NCBI GenBank assembly: GCA_965222605.1
Contig: OZ244960.1
Location: forward strand, 3,072,001-3,136,000
Reading direction: 5' to 3'
Source: Candidatus Latescibacterota bacterium
Lineage (GTDB): Bacteria; Latescibacterota; UBA2968
DNA: 64,000 nt
The notes under the pieces: generated by a model
What the model was told of the DNA's origin: nothing
Seen by the model: only the letters and a program-made list of their open reading frames with translations
Databases searched by the model: none
Shown here: one piece after another, positions 7,957 to 17,803 of the stretch
Numbering within the stretch: the first letter of the stretch is position 1
Layout: each line of letters begins with the position of its first letter
Translations under genes and position numbers: made by a program

Positions 7957-10176
7957 TTATGTCATGTTCAGAAGTTGAACGCTGAGATAAGATGGTGTTT
8001 GAGAGGGTAAGAGGATGGCGCAGATTGTGTTTTTGCCGGGGGTCAGGAGATCGGATCCATCGGGATGGAGCAGGGCGCAGGTTTCTGAGATGGGTGCGGA
8101 GTGCTGCCTGACGCGCAGGCTGCGGATGAGTTGGCCGTTGATGAAGATCTGGCAGTCGGCAGATGAGGTGACGTAGAATAGGGGTTTATCGGGGCGTTGA
8201 TTCAGGTCGATGGTGGTGCGGAGATAGATGGGGGCGTTTGATGTTTCTTCTGCTGTGCTAAATGGGCCTTTTCCCGCGTTCCAGGATGAATCGTCGAAGG
8301 CGGTTTGACACCAGTCGCCGCCGCAGTTCGGCAGGTTGGCGCGGGGCGAGGTGTCCTGGGGCATGGCGGGTTGTGTGAATCCTTCGCCGGTGCTGTATCG
8401 CCATTCGGTGTGGGGACCAATGGTGGTTTCAAATTGAGGGGGATCCCAGAGTGTGGCGTGGATATTGCCGAGTTCATCGGGGTCGATTTTGGAGATTTTG
8501 CGGTCGTAGGTGAGCCAGCCGTTGAGTTCGTGTTCGACATCGGTGATCTGGGTATATACGACGCCGTTGAGTGCGGTGAGGCCGACCATTGCGCGGAGGT
8601 TTTCGACCCAGAAGCGGTAGTCGTCTTCCATTGCCTGGGGCGTTGGATATGTGGGGCGGGTGATGTGTTCGGATGGTTTTTCGTGGTCGTACCAGGTGTG
8701 ACCCGGGATGCAGAGGTTGAATCCGCCCGCTTCGCCCAGGAGGACGATACGGCTATTGGCGCATTGTTGCCGCGCTATGGCCGGGTAGAAGGTGTAGTCG
8801 TGAATATCGTATATGTCGCCCGTGCCCATGTCTGTCCAGCCGCTGGCACTGGTGACGAGACGAGAGGGGTCGCGTTGTGCGATGAGGTCTGTGAGGCGTT
8901 CGGTGTCGTGCTGGCCCCAGCCTTCGTTGAAGATGATCCACTGGACAACACTGGGATGGTTGTGTAGCCAGTCCATTATGTTATCAAATTCGGTCTTCCA
9001 CTGTTGTGCGGCTTCGGGAGGTACGTTTTGCCCGAACTTGGGCATGCAGATCATGTCTTGCCAGACCAATAGGCCGAGCCGGTCGCAGTGGTAGTACCAG
9101 CGATCGGGATGGGTTTTGACGTGAACGCGCACCATGTTGCAGGCGATTTGTTTGAGGTACTGGAGGTCGAAGAGGATGGCTTCGTCAGATGGCGGGGTCA
9201 AGATGCCGTCGGGCCAATAGCCCTGGTCCAGGGAACCGAGTTGAAAAATGGGTTTGTCGTTGAGGAGGAAGCGTTTGATGCCGTTTTCGTCTTCGCCAAT
9301 GGATATTTTTCGCATGCCAAAGTAGCTGTCGATTGTGTCGGTGGTTTCGCCGTTGTGTTGTACTTTGACTTTGAGGTCGTAGAGGAAGGGATGGTCAGGA
9401 TGCCAGAGTTTTGCGTTTGGAATACCGAGGGAGATGGTGCGGTTGGCCTGTCCGGTTGCTTCGGCTATTTGCTGGTTGCCGTCGTAGGCGATTGTTTGAA
9501 TTTGGCAATTCTCTAACCTTTCGCCCGAGACAAGGATGTCAATTGTTGCGTTGTCTATATCGGGTGTGAGGCGAAGGGTGCGGATGGATTGCTCTGGTAC
9601 GGCTTCGAGCCAGACGGTTTGCCAGATGCCGCCGGTGGGTTGATACCGAAACCCCTGGCGGCTTTCTGGCATGATTTGTTTGCCAAGGGCTTGTGGCTGT
9701 TGCTCGGTGGCGTCCCAGCAAGAGACAATGAGTTCGTTCGCGCCGTCTGTTAAATGGTCGGTGATGTCAAAGGTGAAGGGGTCGTATCCGCCGCGATGTT
9801 GTCCCGCTTTCTCGCCGTTGATATAGACAGAGGTTTCCCAGTCGGATGCCTGGAAATGGAGGAGTATGCGTTTGCCCGCCCAGTTTTCGGGAACGGTAAA
9901 ATTTCGGCGATACCAGAGACGCTGGTTCGGGCGGAGAATTTTCATGATGCCAGAGAGGGGGGCGTCAATGGCAAAGGGTACGAGGATTTGACCCTGATAG
10001 GTAGCGGGTGCGCTGGTGGTGCCGATGGGTTCGAGCGCGTAGTCCCACAGGCCGTTGAGATTTTGCCATTGCTGGCGAACCATTTGAGGGCGCGGGTGTT
10101 CTGGCAAGGCGTTGTCTGGCGATACGTTTTCCGCAAAAGGCGTTGAGATGTGTTTGGTCACGGGGTTCCATGTCAT
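7957..10176 (-). CDS. Glycoside hydrolase family 2 protein
   Basis: WQNLNGLWDY, HRGGYDPF, GIWQTVWLE, LDQGYWPDG, NHPSVVQWIIFNEGWG and YTQITDVEHE. Confidence 0.9.
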   Translation of the reverse strand: MTWNPVTKHISTPFAENVSPDNALPEHPRPQMVRQQWQNLNGLWDYALEPIGTTSAPATYQGQILVPFAIDAPLSGIMKILRPNQRLWYRRNFTVPENWAGKRILLHFQASDWETSVYINGEKAGQHRGGYDPFTFDITDHLTDGANELIVSCWDATEQQPQALGKQIMPESRQGFRYQPTGGIWQTVWLEAVPEQSIRTLRLTPDIDNATIDILVSGERLENCQIQTIAYDGNQQIAEATGQANRTISLGIPNAKLWHPDHPFLYDLKVKVQHNGETTDTIDSYFGMRKISIGEDENGIKRFLLNDKPIFQLGSLDQGYWPDGILTPPSDEAILFDLQYLKQIACNMVRVHVKTHPDRWYYHCDRLGLLVWQDMICMPKFGQNVPPEAAQQWKTEFDNIMDWLHNHPSVVQWIIFNEGWGQHDTERLTDLIAQRDPSRLVTSASGWTDMGTGDIYDIHDYTFYPAIARQQCANSRIVLLGEAGGFNLCIPGHTWYDHEKPSEHITRPTYPTPQAMEDDYRFWVENLRAMVGLTALNGVVYTQITDVEHELNGWLTYDRKISKIDPDELGNIHATLWDPPQFETTIGPHTEWRYSTGEGFTQPAMPQDTSPRANLPNCGGDWCQTAFDDSSWNAGKGPFSTAEETSNAPIYLRTTIDLNQRPDKPLFYVTSSADCQIFINGQLIRSLRVRQHSAPISETCALLHPDGSDLLTPGKNTICAILLPSQTPSYLSVQLLNMT

Positions 10177-10179
10177 CTC

Positions 10180-11589
10180 TCAAGCTACCTTTTTGGGTCT
10201 TCTTTGTGTCTGACCTTTGGGTTCGCTGTCCCAGCGCAGTGCCTGGAGGCGATGCATGGCGGCTCTGAGTGCTTCGGGCGTGCCGATGCGATAGAGTCCG
10301 TGTACTGCGAATCCGCGAACGTAGTGGTTGCCATCGCGCATGGCGTCTGCCAGTTCGGGAATGGCTTCTTCGGCATAGATGCCTAATCGCGCGAGGGAGA
10401 GGGCGGCATTGCGTCGGACGAAGTCGCTTTCATCTGTGGCTAATATGTCGGCGAGTGGGCGCGCGGCTTCCGAGGTGTTCTGGCTGGTGGTGCCCAGAGA
10501 TTCTGCGGCTCGTGCGCGTACGTCTTCATCGGTGTCCTGCAACAGGGCGATGAGGTCGGGCGTGGCTGTTTTTGCACGCAAGCCGATGTCGCCGAGTACA
10601 TCGATGGCACGGGAGCGGATTTGTGGATTTGGATTTTTGGTGAGGTCGAGGAATGCGGGTACGGCAATTTCGCCAATATTTGTGAATCCATATCCCGCGT
10701 TTCGAGGCGGGTTCTCATTTTCCGTGTCGCTGAGTGCGTCGATCATGGCGGGAACCGCTTTTTCGCCCTGTGATCCCAGGGTGTAGGATGCATTGAGGGC
10801 GGCAGCTTCGTCTGGATTGGAGAGTTGTTCGATCAGGGGTTCGATAGATGTCCCGTTGGTCGCGTGTTGGGGGGCTTTGCCCAGGTGCCAGTTCCACATG
10901 GCCTGATAGGTGGGTTCTTGTGGATCGCCGGATGCGACCCATGTTTCATCACTGTGATCCCATGTCGGTTCGGTAGGCTCAGTCATGCGTGTGAACAGGA
11001 ATTTGACCATGTGGCGCGTGATGTCCGTGTAGTTGGCTTCTTTTTTGTGCAGGATGTCGTAGTGAATGAGTGCGACGGTTCCCGCGGGTCCCGATGTGAA
11101 AAGGTGTTCTCCTTCCTGGTCGCGGGCGGTGATGTATTGCGATCTGGGGGTTACGCTGGTGGGTCCCATTTCACGGGGTGTGTCCTGGGGATAGTACATC
11201 GCCATCATCCAGCGGCAGTGGTGGTGGCGGCGGTTTTGGTCGGCGCAGTATCGACTGTTGTGCAAGCTGTCTTTGTGCATGATGCGCGCATCGCTGCCCG
11301 GGCGGCTTTCGTGAACGTGGCGGTGCAGGTGCAAATAATAATCGGGGCCCAGGATGCTGGAAAACGCGCCGTGAACAATGGGGTGATCCCATACGTCTTG
11401 TAGTTCTGGCACGGCGGGGAGGAGGTTGTTGCCCGGATTTCTGCCACTGCTTTTTTCAAAGGATTCATCGATGCGTTTATAGACTTTTTCGTGAAATCCC
11501 TCTGGGAAGTCGGGGTGGAGGATGAGGTACCCGTCGCGAATGAATTGCTGCATTTGCTCGTCGGTCAATAAAACAGGTTTGTCTGCCAT
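10180..11589 (-). CDS. Phytanoyl-CoA dioxygenase (PhyH) family protein with C-terminal HEAT repeats
   Basis: QFIRDGYL, HKD (HxD), MGPTSVTPRSQ and HYDILH; repeats of the form VRARAAESLG / VRRNAALSL. Confidence 0.85.
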   Translation of the reverse strand: MADKPVLLTDEQMQQFIRDGYLILHPDFPEGFHEKVYKRIDESFEKSSGRNPGNNLLPAVPELQDVWDHPIVHGAFSSILGPDYYLHLHRHVHESRPGSDARIMHKDSLHNSRYCADQNRRHHHCRWMMAMYYPQDTPREMGPTSVTPRSQYITARDQEGEHLFTSGPAGTVALIHYDILHKKEANYTDITRHMVKFLFTRMTEPTEPTWDHSDETWVASGDPQEPTYQAMWNWHLGKAPQHATNGTSIEPLIEQLSNPDEAAALNASYTLGSQGEKAVPAMIDALSDTENENPPRNAGYGFTNIGEIAVPAFLDLTKNPNPQIRSRAIDVLGDIGLRAKTATPDLIALLQDTDEDVRARAAESLGTTSQNTSEAARPLADILATDESDFVRRNAALSLARLGIYAEEAIPELADAMRDGNHYVRGFAVHGLYRIGTPEALRAAMHRLQALRWDSEPKGQTQRRPKKVA

Positions 11590-11681
11590 GTCAATTTCCT
11601 TTCTCGTTTTTGTGGGGTGGTTGGATCATTTATAAATATACAATACCTCTATTTAATCAAGGACATTTTGTTTTGGTGATG

Positions 11682-12464
11682 CTACAATCGCAATGCGAGA
11701 CTGCCCTGATTTTTCTCACTGAGCGTGTCCATGTAATCACTGCGGTCAAAAAACTGGCTGGTGTCGTAGAGAAAGGCGTATTTGCCGTTCCGATCACAGC
11801 CGGTTTCAAGTGCGACGCGGTTGATTTCGGCAATATTGGGATAGGAGGGCCAGAGGATGCCTTCTTCGCAGTAGGAGGTGTCGATGAAGTAGCGTTTGTA
11901 ATTGCCGCCGCCGGGTTTGGGTCGGCGGGCGTGTTGCAGGGCGGAGTGAACGATGACGATGGAGCCGGGGGCCAGGTTGTCGATGGTGCGCGAGCCGGGC
12001 AGGTCTTCGAATTGAAATTGGCGATAGGCATCGTTGGCCATGACTTTTTTGTGGGTGCCGGGCATGACGAGGAGGTCGCCCACTTCGCCGTTCAGGCCAT
12101 TCATGTACATGAATACATGGACCATCAGGTGCGAGCGATTTGTGTGCGGGATTTGTGCATAGTCTTGATGCCATGGTGCCCCGCGTTCTCCGGGCAGTTG
12201 CCATCGGGCGTGGATATGGTGATGGACAAATTTTTTGCCATTTATCAGATCGGCCACGCGATCTACAACACTGGGTTCAGATGTGAGCAGGCCGAGTTCT
12301 GGATACGCCATGAGCATGGGGCGTTTTTCCGTTTCGCGGTCGATCATGAGTTGATCGACGTCGGCTTTGATTCGTTCGTTCAGGTCGTGGTCGAAGAGTC
12401 CTTCAAATACGAGGTATCCCTCTTCGTCGAATTGGGCGAGGTCGTCGGGTGTGAGGTGGTTCAT
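11682..12464 (-). CDS. PhyH family Fe(II)/2OG dioxygenase; true start MNHLTPDD at 12464
   Basis: FDEEGYLV, WHQD, MPGTHK and HSALQH. The ATG overlaps the sulfatase stop (ATGA). Confidence 0.85.
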   Translation of the reverse strand: MNHLTPDDLAQFDEEGYLVFEGLFDHDLNERIKADVDQLMIDRETEKRPMLMAYPELGLLTSEPSVVDRVADLINGKKFVHHHIHARWQLPGERGAPWHQDYAQIPHTNRSHLMVHVFMYMNGLNGEVGDLLVMPGTHKKVMANDAYRQFQFEDLPGSRTIDNLAPGSIVIVHSALQHARRPKPGGGNYKRYFIDTSYCEEGILWPSYPNIAEINRVALETGCDRNGKYAFLYDTSQFFDRSDYMDTLSEKNQGSLALRL

Positions 12465-13945
12465 GGGTTCTCCTCCAAATGGACGTGAGCCAGATGCATA
12501 TCGGGGTTGCCGTGGGCAAAGTTGCCGTCGCAGGCCCTGAGGAGTTGGCGTGCGAGTTGATCGACTTTGTCGGGATATTCGGCGACGAGGTCGGTTTCTT
12601 CCCGGTAGTCGTCCAGGACGTTGTAGAGTTGGAAGCTGTTGGTTTTGTTGATGTGGCGCAATTTCCAGCCGTCGGCTGTGGTGAGTGCAGGACCGAGACG
12701 GGATGAAAAGACGACGGGTGCGTGGGGGCATTGCTCTTTGCCCAAAAGGGTGGGTAAGAAGGATTCGCCGTCTTTCCAGTCGGGTGTTTCCTGCCCTGTG
12801 AGATCGGATAGCGTGGGCATAAAATCGTAATTGGCGATCATGTGATCGGTTATGCCGGGAGAGATGCGACCGGGCCAGCGCGCGATGTAAGGAAGGCGTG
12901 TGCCGCCTTCCCAGCTCGTCCATTTGAGGCCAGCCATGCCGTCGTTGCCGTTGAATACATCACCGCTTTGTTCTGTTGTATGCCGGGTGGTGATGTCGTC
13001 ATAGCGGATGCCGTCGAGGCTTTGTCTTTTGACGGTGCGGCCTTGTTGTGCGGCGTAGATTTCGTGGCCGTTGTCAGAGCTGAAGAAGACGATGGTGTTG
13101 TCGGCAATGCCGAGCGCGTCGAGTTCGTCGAGGATGATGCCAACGGTGTCGTCGAGGCGAAGAATCATGGATGCGTATTCTTTTTCAAAGCCGGTGAGTT
13201 CTGGCGCGTTTTTTACGCCCGGATGAATTTCGGGAACAGAGATGGGGCCGTGGGGCAGTTGCGAGGGGTGGAAGAGGAAGAAGGGGTTGTGTCGATTTTT
13301 GCGGAGGAAATCGACGATTTTGTCGTTGAAGAGGTCTTGAGAATAGGTGACTTTCCCGGTCATGTCGTGGCGGATGGTCGCGTTTTCAGGGGATTCTGAA
13401 CCGGGGTGGTTGTCGGGATGGGTGTTGCCGGGTATTTTGACTATGTCGCCATTTTCAAAGAGGAATGGCGGATAGAAGCCGTGGCAGAGTTGATGGTCGT
13501 AGTAGCCGTAGTGGTAATCCCATCCGTGCCGACGAATGCGTTCGGGCGTTGTGGCAAAGCCCCATTCGAGTTTGCCAATTTGTCCCGTGACATAGCCTGT
13601 GCGTTGCGCGATTTGCGCGAGAAAGACTTCGTCGGGGCGTTCTTGAAGGCCGGTGTTGTTGATGAGTTCGGCAATGTGTTCAAAGGTCGCGGTGCCTTCG
13701 GCCATGGGGCGGTAGAGACCGCCTCTGGTGAAGGTCCATCGGCCCGCGTGTGCGTCGTGATAGCCGGTCATGAGGCTGGCGCGCGCCGGGGCGCAAAAGA
13801 TGCAGCCATAGGCGCGGGTGAATTGCAAGCCTTCGCGGGCGAGGCGGTCAATATTGGGGGTTTGAAAGTGTTTCTGGCCGTAGCAGGAGAGCATGCCGCG
13901 ACCGAGGTCGTCGCCGTAGATGTAGATGATGTTGGGATTGGACAT
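12461..13945 (-). CDS. Sulfatase
   Basis: PNIIYIYGDDLG, CAPARASLMTG, SSDNG and WEGGTRLP. Confidence 0.92.
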   Translation of the reverse strand: MSNPNIIYIYGDDLGRGMLSCYGQKHFQTPNIDRLAREGLQFTRAYGCIFCAPARASLMTGYHDAHAGRWTFTRGGLYRPMAEGTATFEHIAELINNTGLQERPDEVFLAQIAQRTGYVTGQIGKLEWGFATTPERIRRHGWDYHYGYYDHQLCHGFYPPFLFENGDIVKIPGNTHPDNHPGSESPENATIRHDMTGKVTYSQDLFNDKIVDFLRKNRHNPFFLFHPSQLPHGPISVPEIHPGVKNAPELTGFEKEYASMILRLDDTVGIILDELDALGIADNTIVFFSSDNGHEIYAAQQGRTVKRQSLDGIRYDDITTRHTTEQSGDVFNGNDGMAGLKWTSWEGGTRLPYIARWPGRISPGITDHMIANYDFMPTLSDLTGQETPDWKDGESFLPTLLGKEQCPHAPVVFSSRLGPALTTADGWKLRHINKTNSFQLYNVLDDYREETDLVAEYPDKVDQLARQLLRACDGNFAHGNPDMHLAHVHLEENP

Positions 13946-13956
13946 TGAGATTCCTT

Positions 13957-15024
13957 TTATAGTTCGGTGACATCGACGGCTTTGCGCTGTGTTGTCGCCT
14001 GGTGCGCGGCGTGGATGAGGGCGAGGTTGTGGCGGGCGTGTTCGGCGGTGATTGGGAGTGGTCTGCCTTCTGCGAGTGCTTTGAAGGTGGCGGCAAAATA
14101 GTTGGCGTGACCGGCGCGAGACAGGGCGTCTGTGCTGAGGCCGTGGTCGAGGTCAATGGGTTGCCATTTGCGAGTGGATTTGTCGAGGCGGAGAAGTTCG
14201 CGTCCGCGGCTGATAATGCGGATGCCGTGTGTGCGGGTATAGACTTCGCATATATTGTGGTCGCCGGTGCCGGGCATGCCCCAGGATGTAGAGACGGTGG
14301 AGATTGCGCCGTTTTCGTGTTCAAAGAGGAGGAAGGCGACGTCATCGACATCGAAGTCGAAGAATTTGGTTTGTACGCGGGCTTCCACGTAGCGCACGGG
14401 TGAGCCGATCATGGTTTCGATGAGGTAAATTTCGTGGTAGGCGCTGTCGCCAATACAGCCGCCGCCGGCTGCTTTGGATGCGCGCCAGACGCTGTTGGGG
14501 TCGGCCTGATCTTCTGTTTTGCCAAAGAGGGAGAGGGCGCGACCTGTTTGGGGTGTGCCTGTATTTTCTTCGCGCAATAGTCTGAGGGCTTCTGCGGTGC
14601 CAGGCGTGTAGAGAAAGTTGTGTACAATGCCGTAGGAGACGTTGTGTTTTTTTACGGCGTCGAGGAGGCGGTCGGCTTCTTCGAGGGATGTTGCCATGGG
14701 TTTTTCCGAGATGATGGCGACGCCTGCTTGTGCAGCTTCGATGACGTGTTCGGCGTGCAGGTGATGGGGGGTGGCGATGATGACGGCGTCGAGTTCGGCG
14801 CGGGCGAGCATGTGGCGGAGGTCTTCGTAGCGTTGTTCTGTAATGATGTCTGCTGCTGTGCCAACGCGGTTTCTGTTTTCGGGGATGGGATCGGCAATTG
14901 CCGAGATGGTTACGAGGTCGGGTATGTCGAGCAGGCCATGGAGGTGCGATTTCTGGACGATGCCGCCACAGCCGATCAGGCCCAGGCGGATGGGTCGAGA
15001 TCCGGAGTTTTGTTCACGAGACAT
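13957..15024 (-). CDS. Gfo/Idh/MocA family oxidoreductase
   Basis: LGLIGCGGI, IATPHHLH and SEKPMA; likely start MSREQ at 15024. Confidence 0.9.
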   Translation of the reverse strand: MSREQNSGSRPIRLGLIGCGGIVQKSHLHGLLDIPDLVTISAIADPIPENRNRVGTAADIITEQRYEDLRHMLARAELDAVIIATPHHLHAEHVIEAAQAGVAIISEKPMATSLEEADRLLDAVKKHNVSYGIVHNFLYTPGTAEALRLLREENTGTPQTGRALSLFGKTEDQADPNSVWRASKAAGGGCIGDSAYHEIYLIETMIGSPVRYVEARVQTKFFDFDVDDVAFLLFEHENGAISTVSTSWGMPGTGDHNICEVYTRTHGIRIISRGRELLRLDKSTRKWQPIDLDHGLSTDALSRAGHANYFAATFKALAEGRPLPITAEHARHNLALIHAAHQATTQRKAVDVTEL

Positions 15025-16099
15025 TATGAGTGTTCCTTTTCGCGATTTTCTGCGCGATGTATTCCGCGTCGCGTCCCACACCGCGCAGGAGATGTGATCC
15101 GACGGTATGTTGAAATTTTAAGCCGACAAAAAACAGGCCGGGGATACATACACCGCGTTTGTGAATGGGTCCGTTTTTGTCAAATGCGGATTTGGGATTG
15201 TGTACGCGGATAAATTTGTAGTCGGGTCTAGAGCCAGTGCACCACAAGACGGTCAGGTTTTCCAAACCGACAATTTCGCCGTCGGCGCAGATGATTCCGC
15301 GATGGTCGGCATCTATTACGCGACCGACCCGCTGTACGCCGTAGTGTTTTGAAAGCCAGCGCGGCGATGGTGCCATGGCGGGATCTCCCCCCTGCCATTG
15401 GCGTTCAATACGCCGTCCGATTCGCGATTGTCGCTGGATTTCGAAAATTGGGAGCATGCGCGAGAATACGCCGATGGGGATGCCCAGAATTGACCAGGGG
15501 ACGACTCCGTTGCCGCTGAGTGCAAATGAGAGGTTTTCAAATTGATTCGATTGTGCCAGGTCCAGGCAGATTTGAATCCCACTGCTGCCGCTGCCGACGA
15601 TGAGGACATTTGCCGTTGTGATCTGGTCGGGATTTCGATAGGCGGATGAGTGTAGTTGGATGGTTGATTGCGGTAGTTTTTTGGCGGTGTCTGGTACAAA
15701 GGGGCGGGCTGCATGCCCAGTGCAGATGGCGACGTTGGCTGTTTGATAGGTTTCGGTGTCTGTATGCACATGCCAGGTCCCTTTTTCTTCGGCGACTTGC
15801 GTGACGGTGACGCCTTCTTTCAATGGGGGATTGACCATCTGGCGATACGCGCGAAAATAATCGAGTGCTTCTTCGCGTGTGGCGGTGTCGTACCACGCCT
15901 TGTGCGGTGCAAATGGTTTTTGCATGCCGGGCAGTGTGTTCATCCAATTGGCTGTGTTCATCCGGAAGCTGTCCCAGCAGTTGTGCCACGCGGAGAACGC
16001 CCGGTCGCGCTCCAATACGAGGTGTTCGACCCCGCGTTGTTGCAAGAAATAACTCAGTGTAATGCTGGCCTGTCCACCGCCTATAACGATGGTATTCAT
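15014..16099 (-). CDS. FAD/NAD(P)-dependent oxidoreductase (flavin monooxygenase-like)
   Basis: VIGGGQA, QLHSSAYRNP, VGSGSSGIQI and GVGRDAEYIA. Confidence 0.85.
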   Translation of the reverse strand: MNTIVIGGGQASITLSYFLQQRGVEHLVLERDRAFSAWHNCWDSFRMNTANWMNTLPGMQKPFAPHKAWYDTATREEALDYFRAYRQMVNPPLKEGVTVTQVAEEKGTWHVHTDTETYQTANVAICTGHAARPFVPDTAKKLPQSTIQLHSSAYRNPDQITTANVLIVGSGSSGIQICLDLAQSNQFENLSFALSGNGVVPWSILGIPIGVFSRMLPIFEIQRQSRIGRRIERQWQGGDPAMAPSPRWLSKHYGVQRVGRVIDADHRGIICADGEIVGLENLTVLWCTGSRPDYKFIRVHNPKSAFDKNGPIHKRGVCIPGLFFVGLKFQHTVGSHLLRGVGRDAEYIAQKIAKRNTHNVS

Positions 16100-16140
16100 G
16101 ATATAGTCTTTATGCATCAATCAACCCCATCAACAGCACC

Positions 16141-16201
16141 GTCATCGCGGCGTGGTCCCCTGCTAAAACCATGCAGGGGCAGGGCCGAGCCGCGATCCAG
16201 T
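16141..16201. repeat. REP/RPE-like palindrome with a nested 25-bp hairpin
   Basis: Outer arms ATCGCGGC...GCCGCGAT (GTCATCGCGG...CGCGATCCAG); inner CCCCTGC-TAAAACCAT-GCAGGGG. Confidence 0.6.
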
Positions 16202-16335
16202 CTATCAGATTCTTTTCAGGTTACAATTTTATGCCTGTCAAAATAGCGCGTTGACAAAGGTTTTGCAAATTCGTTTAAACTTGGGGATAAAGACCTGTTA
16301 CGCTTTAGGACAACGCTTAGGTGTGAGCATTTCGC

Positions 16336-17529
16336 TTAATACTTTGAGATGGCCTCAAAATCCAATTCTACGACCCAGTCTTGAACCGCGCCATCCCTGA
16401 TAAACCGGATAAATCCAAGTTCCCCAAGCCGTATTAACTCCCTTTGAAAAGTTCGCCATGTGACATTCTGGTACGCAGATTGTACATAACGATCTTCCTG
16501 TAGTTCTGATAGTTCGATCCTTCGAGATGGGGTATCGGAGAAGGGATCTGAAGGCTCTATTTCACGTAGGAGAAAGTTGAGGAGATTGTATTCCCTTTGG
16601 TTCAGAAGTCGTCGCCGAGTGCCAACTCTTTTATCGCGAGCTTGGACAAGCATCCTTTGATATATCAGCCGATTAATTCTTGCTTTAATGAAGTTATTTA
16701 TACCTTTGAGTTCGCTCGCAAAGCCGGTCACACCAAAGCGAATAAATGGTGTCACATCAAAAGGCTGGCTTTGCCGACATTGTTGGAGGATTGACTTGTA
16801 GTCTTGTTCGTGGCGATAGAAGTAGTTAGACAGGCCGTAGAAGCCATGCACATTATATCCAAGCCGAAAGAGAATACCGGCTTCAACGAGTCGGGAGACT
16901 CTTCCGTTTCCGTCTCCAAAGGGGTGAATTGTCACGAGGTAGAAATGGGCGAGCAAGGCGCGTATGACTGAATGAAGACCTTCGAGTCGGCGAGAATTGA
17001 TGAAATCGATATACTTCTCCATTAAGCGAGGTAGCCTTTCGTGCGGCGCACCTCTATGGACCCCTCCAAGCTCTTCTGTGCCCACAATAACGGAAATGTT
17101 GCGGAGTTTCCCAGGTATATTGCCGTCGGTATCCGAATCTCGGGTGACCATTTCGTGCATGGTGAGTATGTCTTTTAGACCGATAGGTGGGCTGTTTGGA
17201 AGAAATCGTTGTCTTACCCAGGCCTGAGCTTCCCCAGCATTTCTGATCTGCAATTGTTCTTTTGTTGCGGTATGCCTGTCGTCGTTGTGAGTTTGTTGTT
17301 CGAGGTACTCCATCTGCTGAGAAACCTCCGCCTCGGACAGGGGGTTGCCTTCTATTGCAGTTGTACCACGAACAGCACGGACTCTATTGAGCTTGTCAAG
17401 CTGGTTTTGCCACTCGGGTGACAGCACGAGGTTTAGAGAGGCTTCTTTATAAGCTTCAATAGAGATGAGATCCTGAAAGAGACCTTGCTGGTCGAGATGA
17501 TACTCAAAGGAGAATTTTTCCCAATCCAT
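16336..17529 (-). CDS. Fic family protein (class II-like); alternative GTG start at 17574
   Basis: Fic motif HPFGDGNGRVSR and inhibitory-helix motif TTAIEGN; possible C-terminal winged HTH. Confidence 0.9.
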   Translation of the reverse strand: MDWEKFSFEYHLDQQGLFQDLISIEAYKEASLNLVLSPEWQNQLDKLNRVRAVRGTTAIEGNPLSEAEVSQQMEYLEQQTHNDDRHTATKEQLQIRNAGEAQAWVRQRFLPNSPPIGLKDILTMHEMVTRDSDTDGNIPGKLRNISVIVGTEELGGVHRGAPHERLPRLMEKYIDFINSRRLEGLHSVIRALLAHFYLVTIHPFGDGNGRVSRLVEAGILFRLGYNVHGFYGLSNYFYRHEQDYKSILQQCRQSQPFDVTPFIRFGVTGFASELKGINNFIKARINRLIYQRMLVQARDKRVGTRRRLLNQREYNLLNFLLREIEPSDPFSDTPSRRIELSELQEDRYVQSAYQNVTWRTFQRELIRLGELGFIRFIRDGAVQDWVVELDFEAISKY

Positions 17530-17539
17530 ATTTGTTCTC

Positions 17540-17674
17540 TTATTTGGCACGTTATTTGGCACGTTATTTGACACGCTAATAAATTTAGTAAGACATTAAA
17601 TAATAATAATTTTTTGTATTAATGACAAGAAAATAAAGGAAATTTTCTCCTTATTTGACACGTTATTTGACAAC
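17540..17674. repeat. Five 12-bp direct repeats TTATTTG(G/A)CA(C/A)(G/C) in two blocks
   Basis: Copies at 17540-17551, 17552-17563, 17564-17575, 17651-17662 and 17663-17674, in the AT-rich divergent intergenic region. Confidence 0.85.
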
Positions 17675-17803
17675 AATATGGTAAAATTTCTTTGATTCTG
17701 TTAAGGTTTTGCGAGCCAGTTCAAATTTGGTCTGACGAGGGGAGGTTTTGGATGTATATTGACGGGGTGCGTTTTTATATGATTGGATTGAAAGGATATT
17801 GTT

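Noticed and set aside
12465-12923. N-terminal extension of the 413-aa PhyH ORF, and similar extensions of other track ORFs (60964, 63485, 40193, 53158, 46378)
   Set aside because: They overlap upstream genes or promoters; downstream starts with an RBS or coupling fit the families better.
3268-15213. Many long antisense or alternative-frame ORFs (e.g. 6797-7573, 11610-12488)
   Set aside because: Shadow ORFs of GC-rich codon usage opposite well-supported genes, with no motifs.
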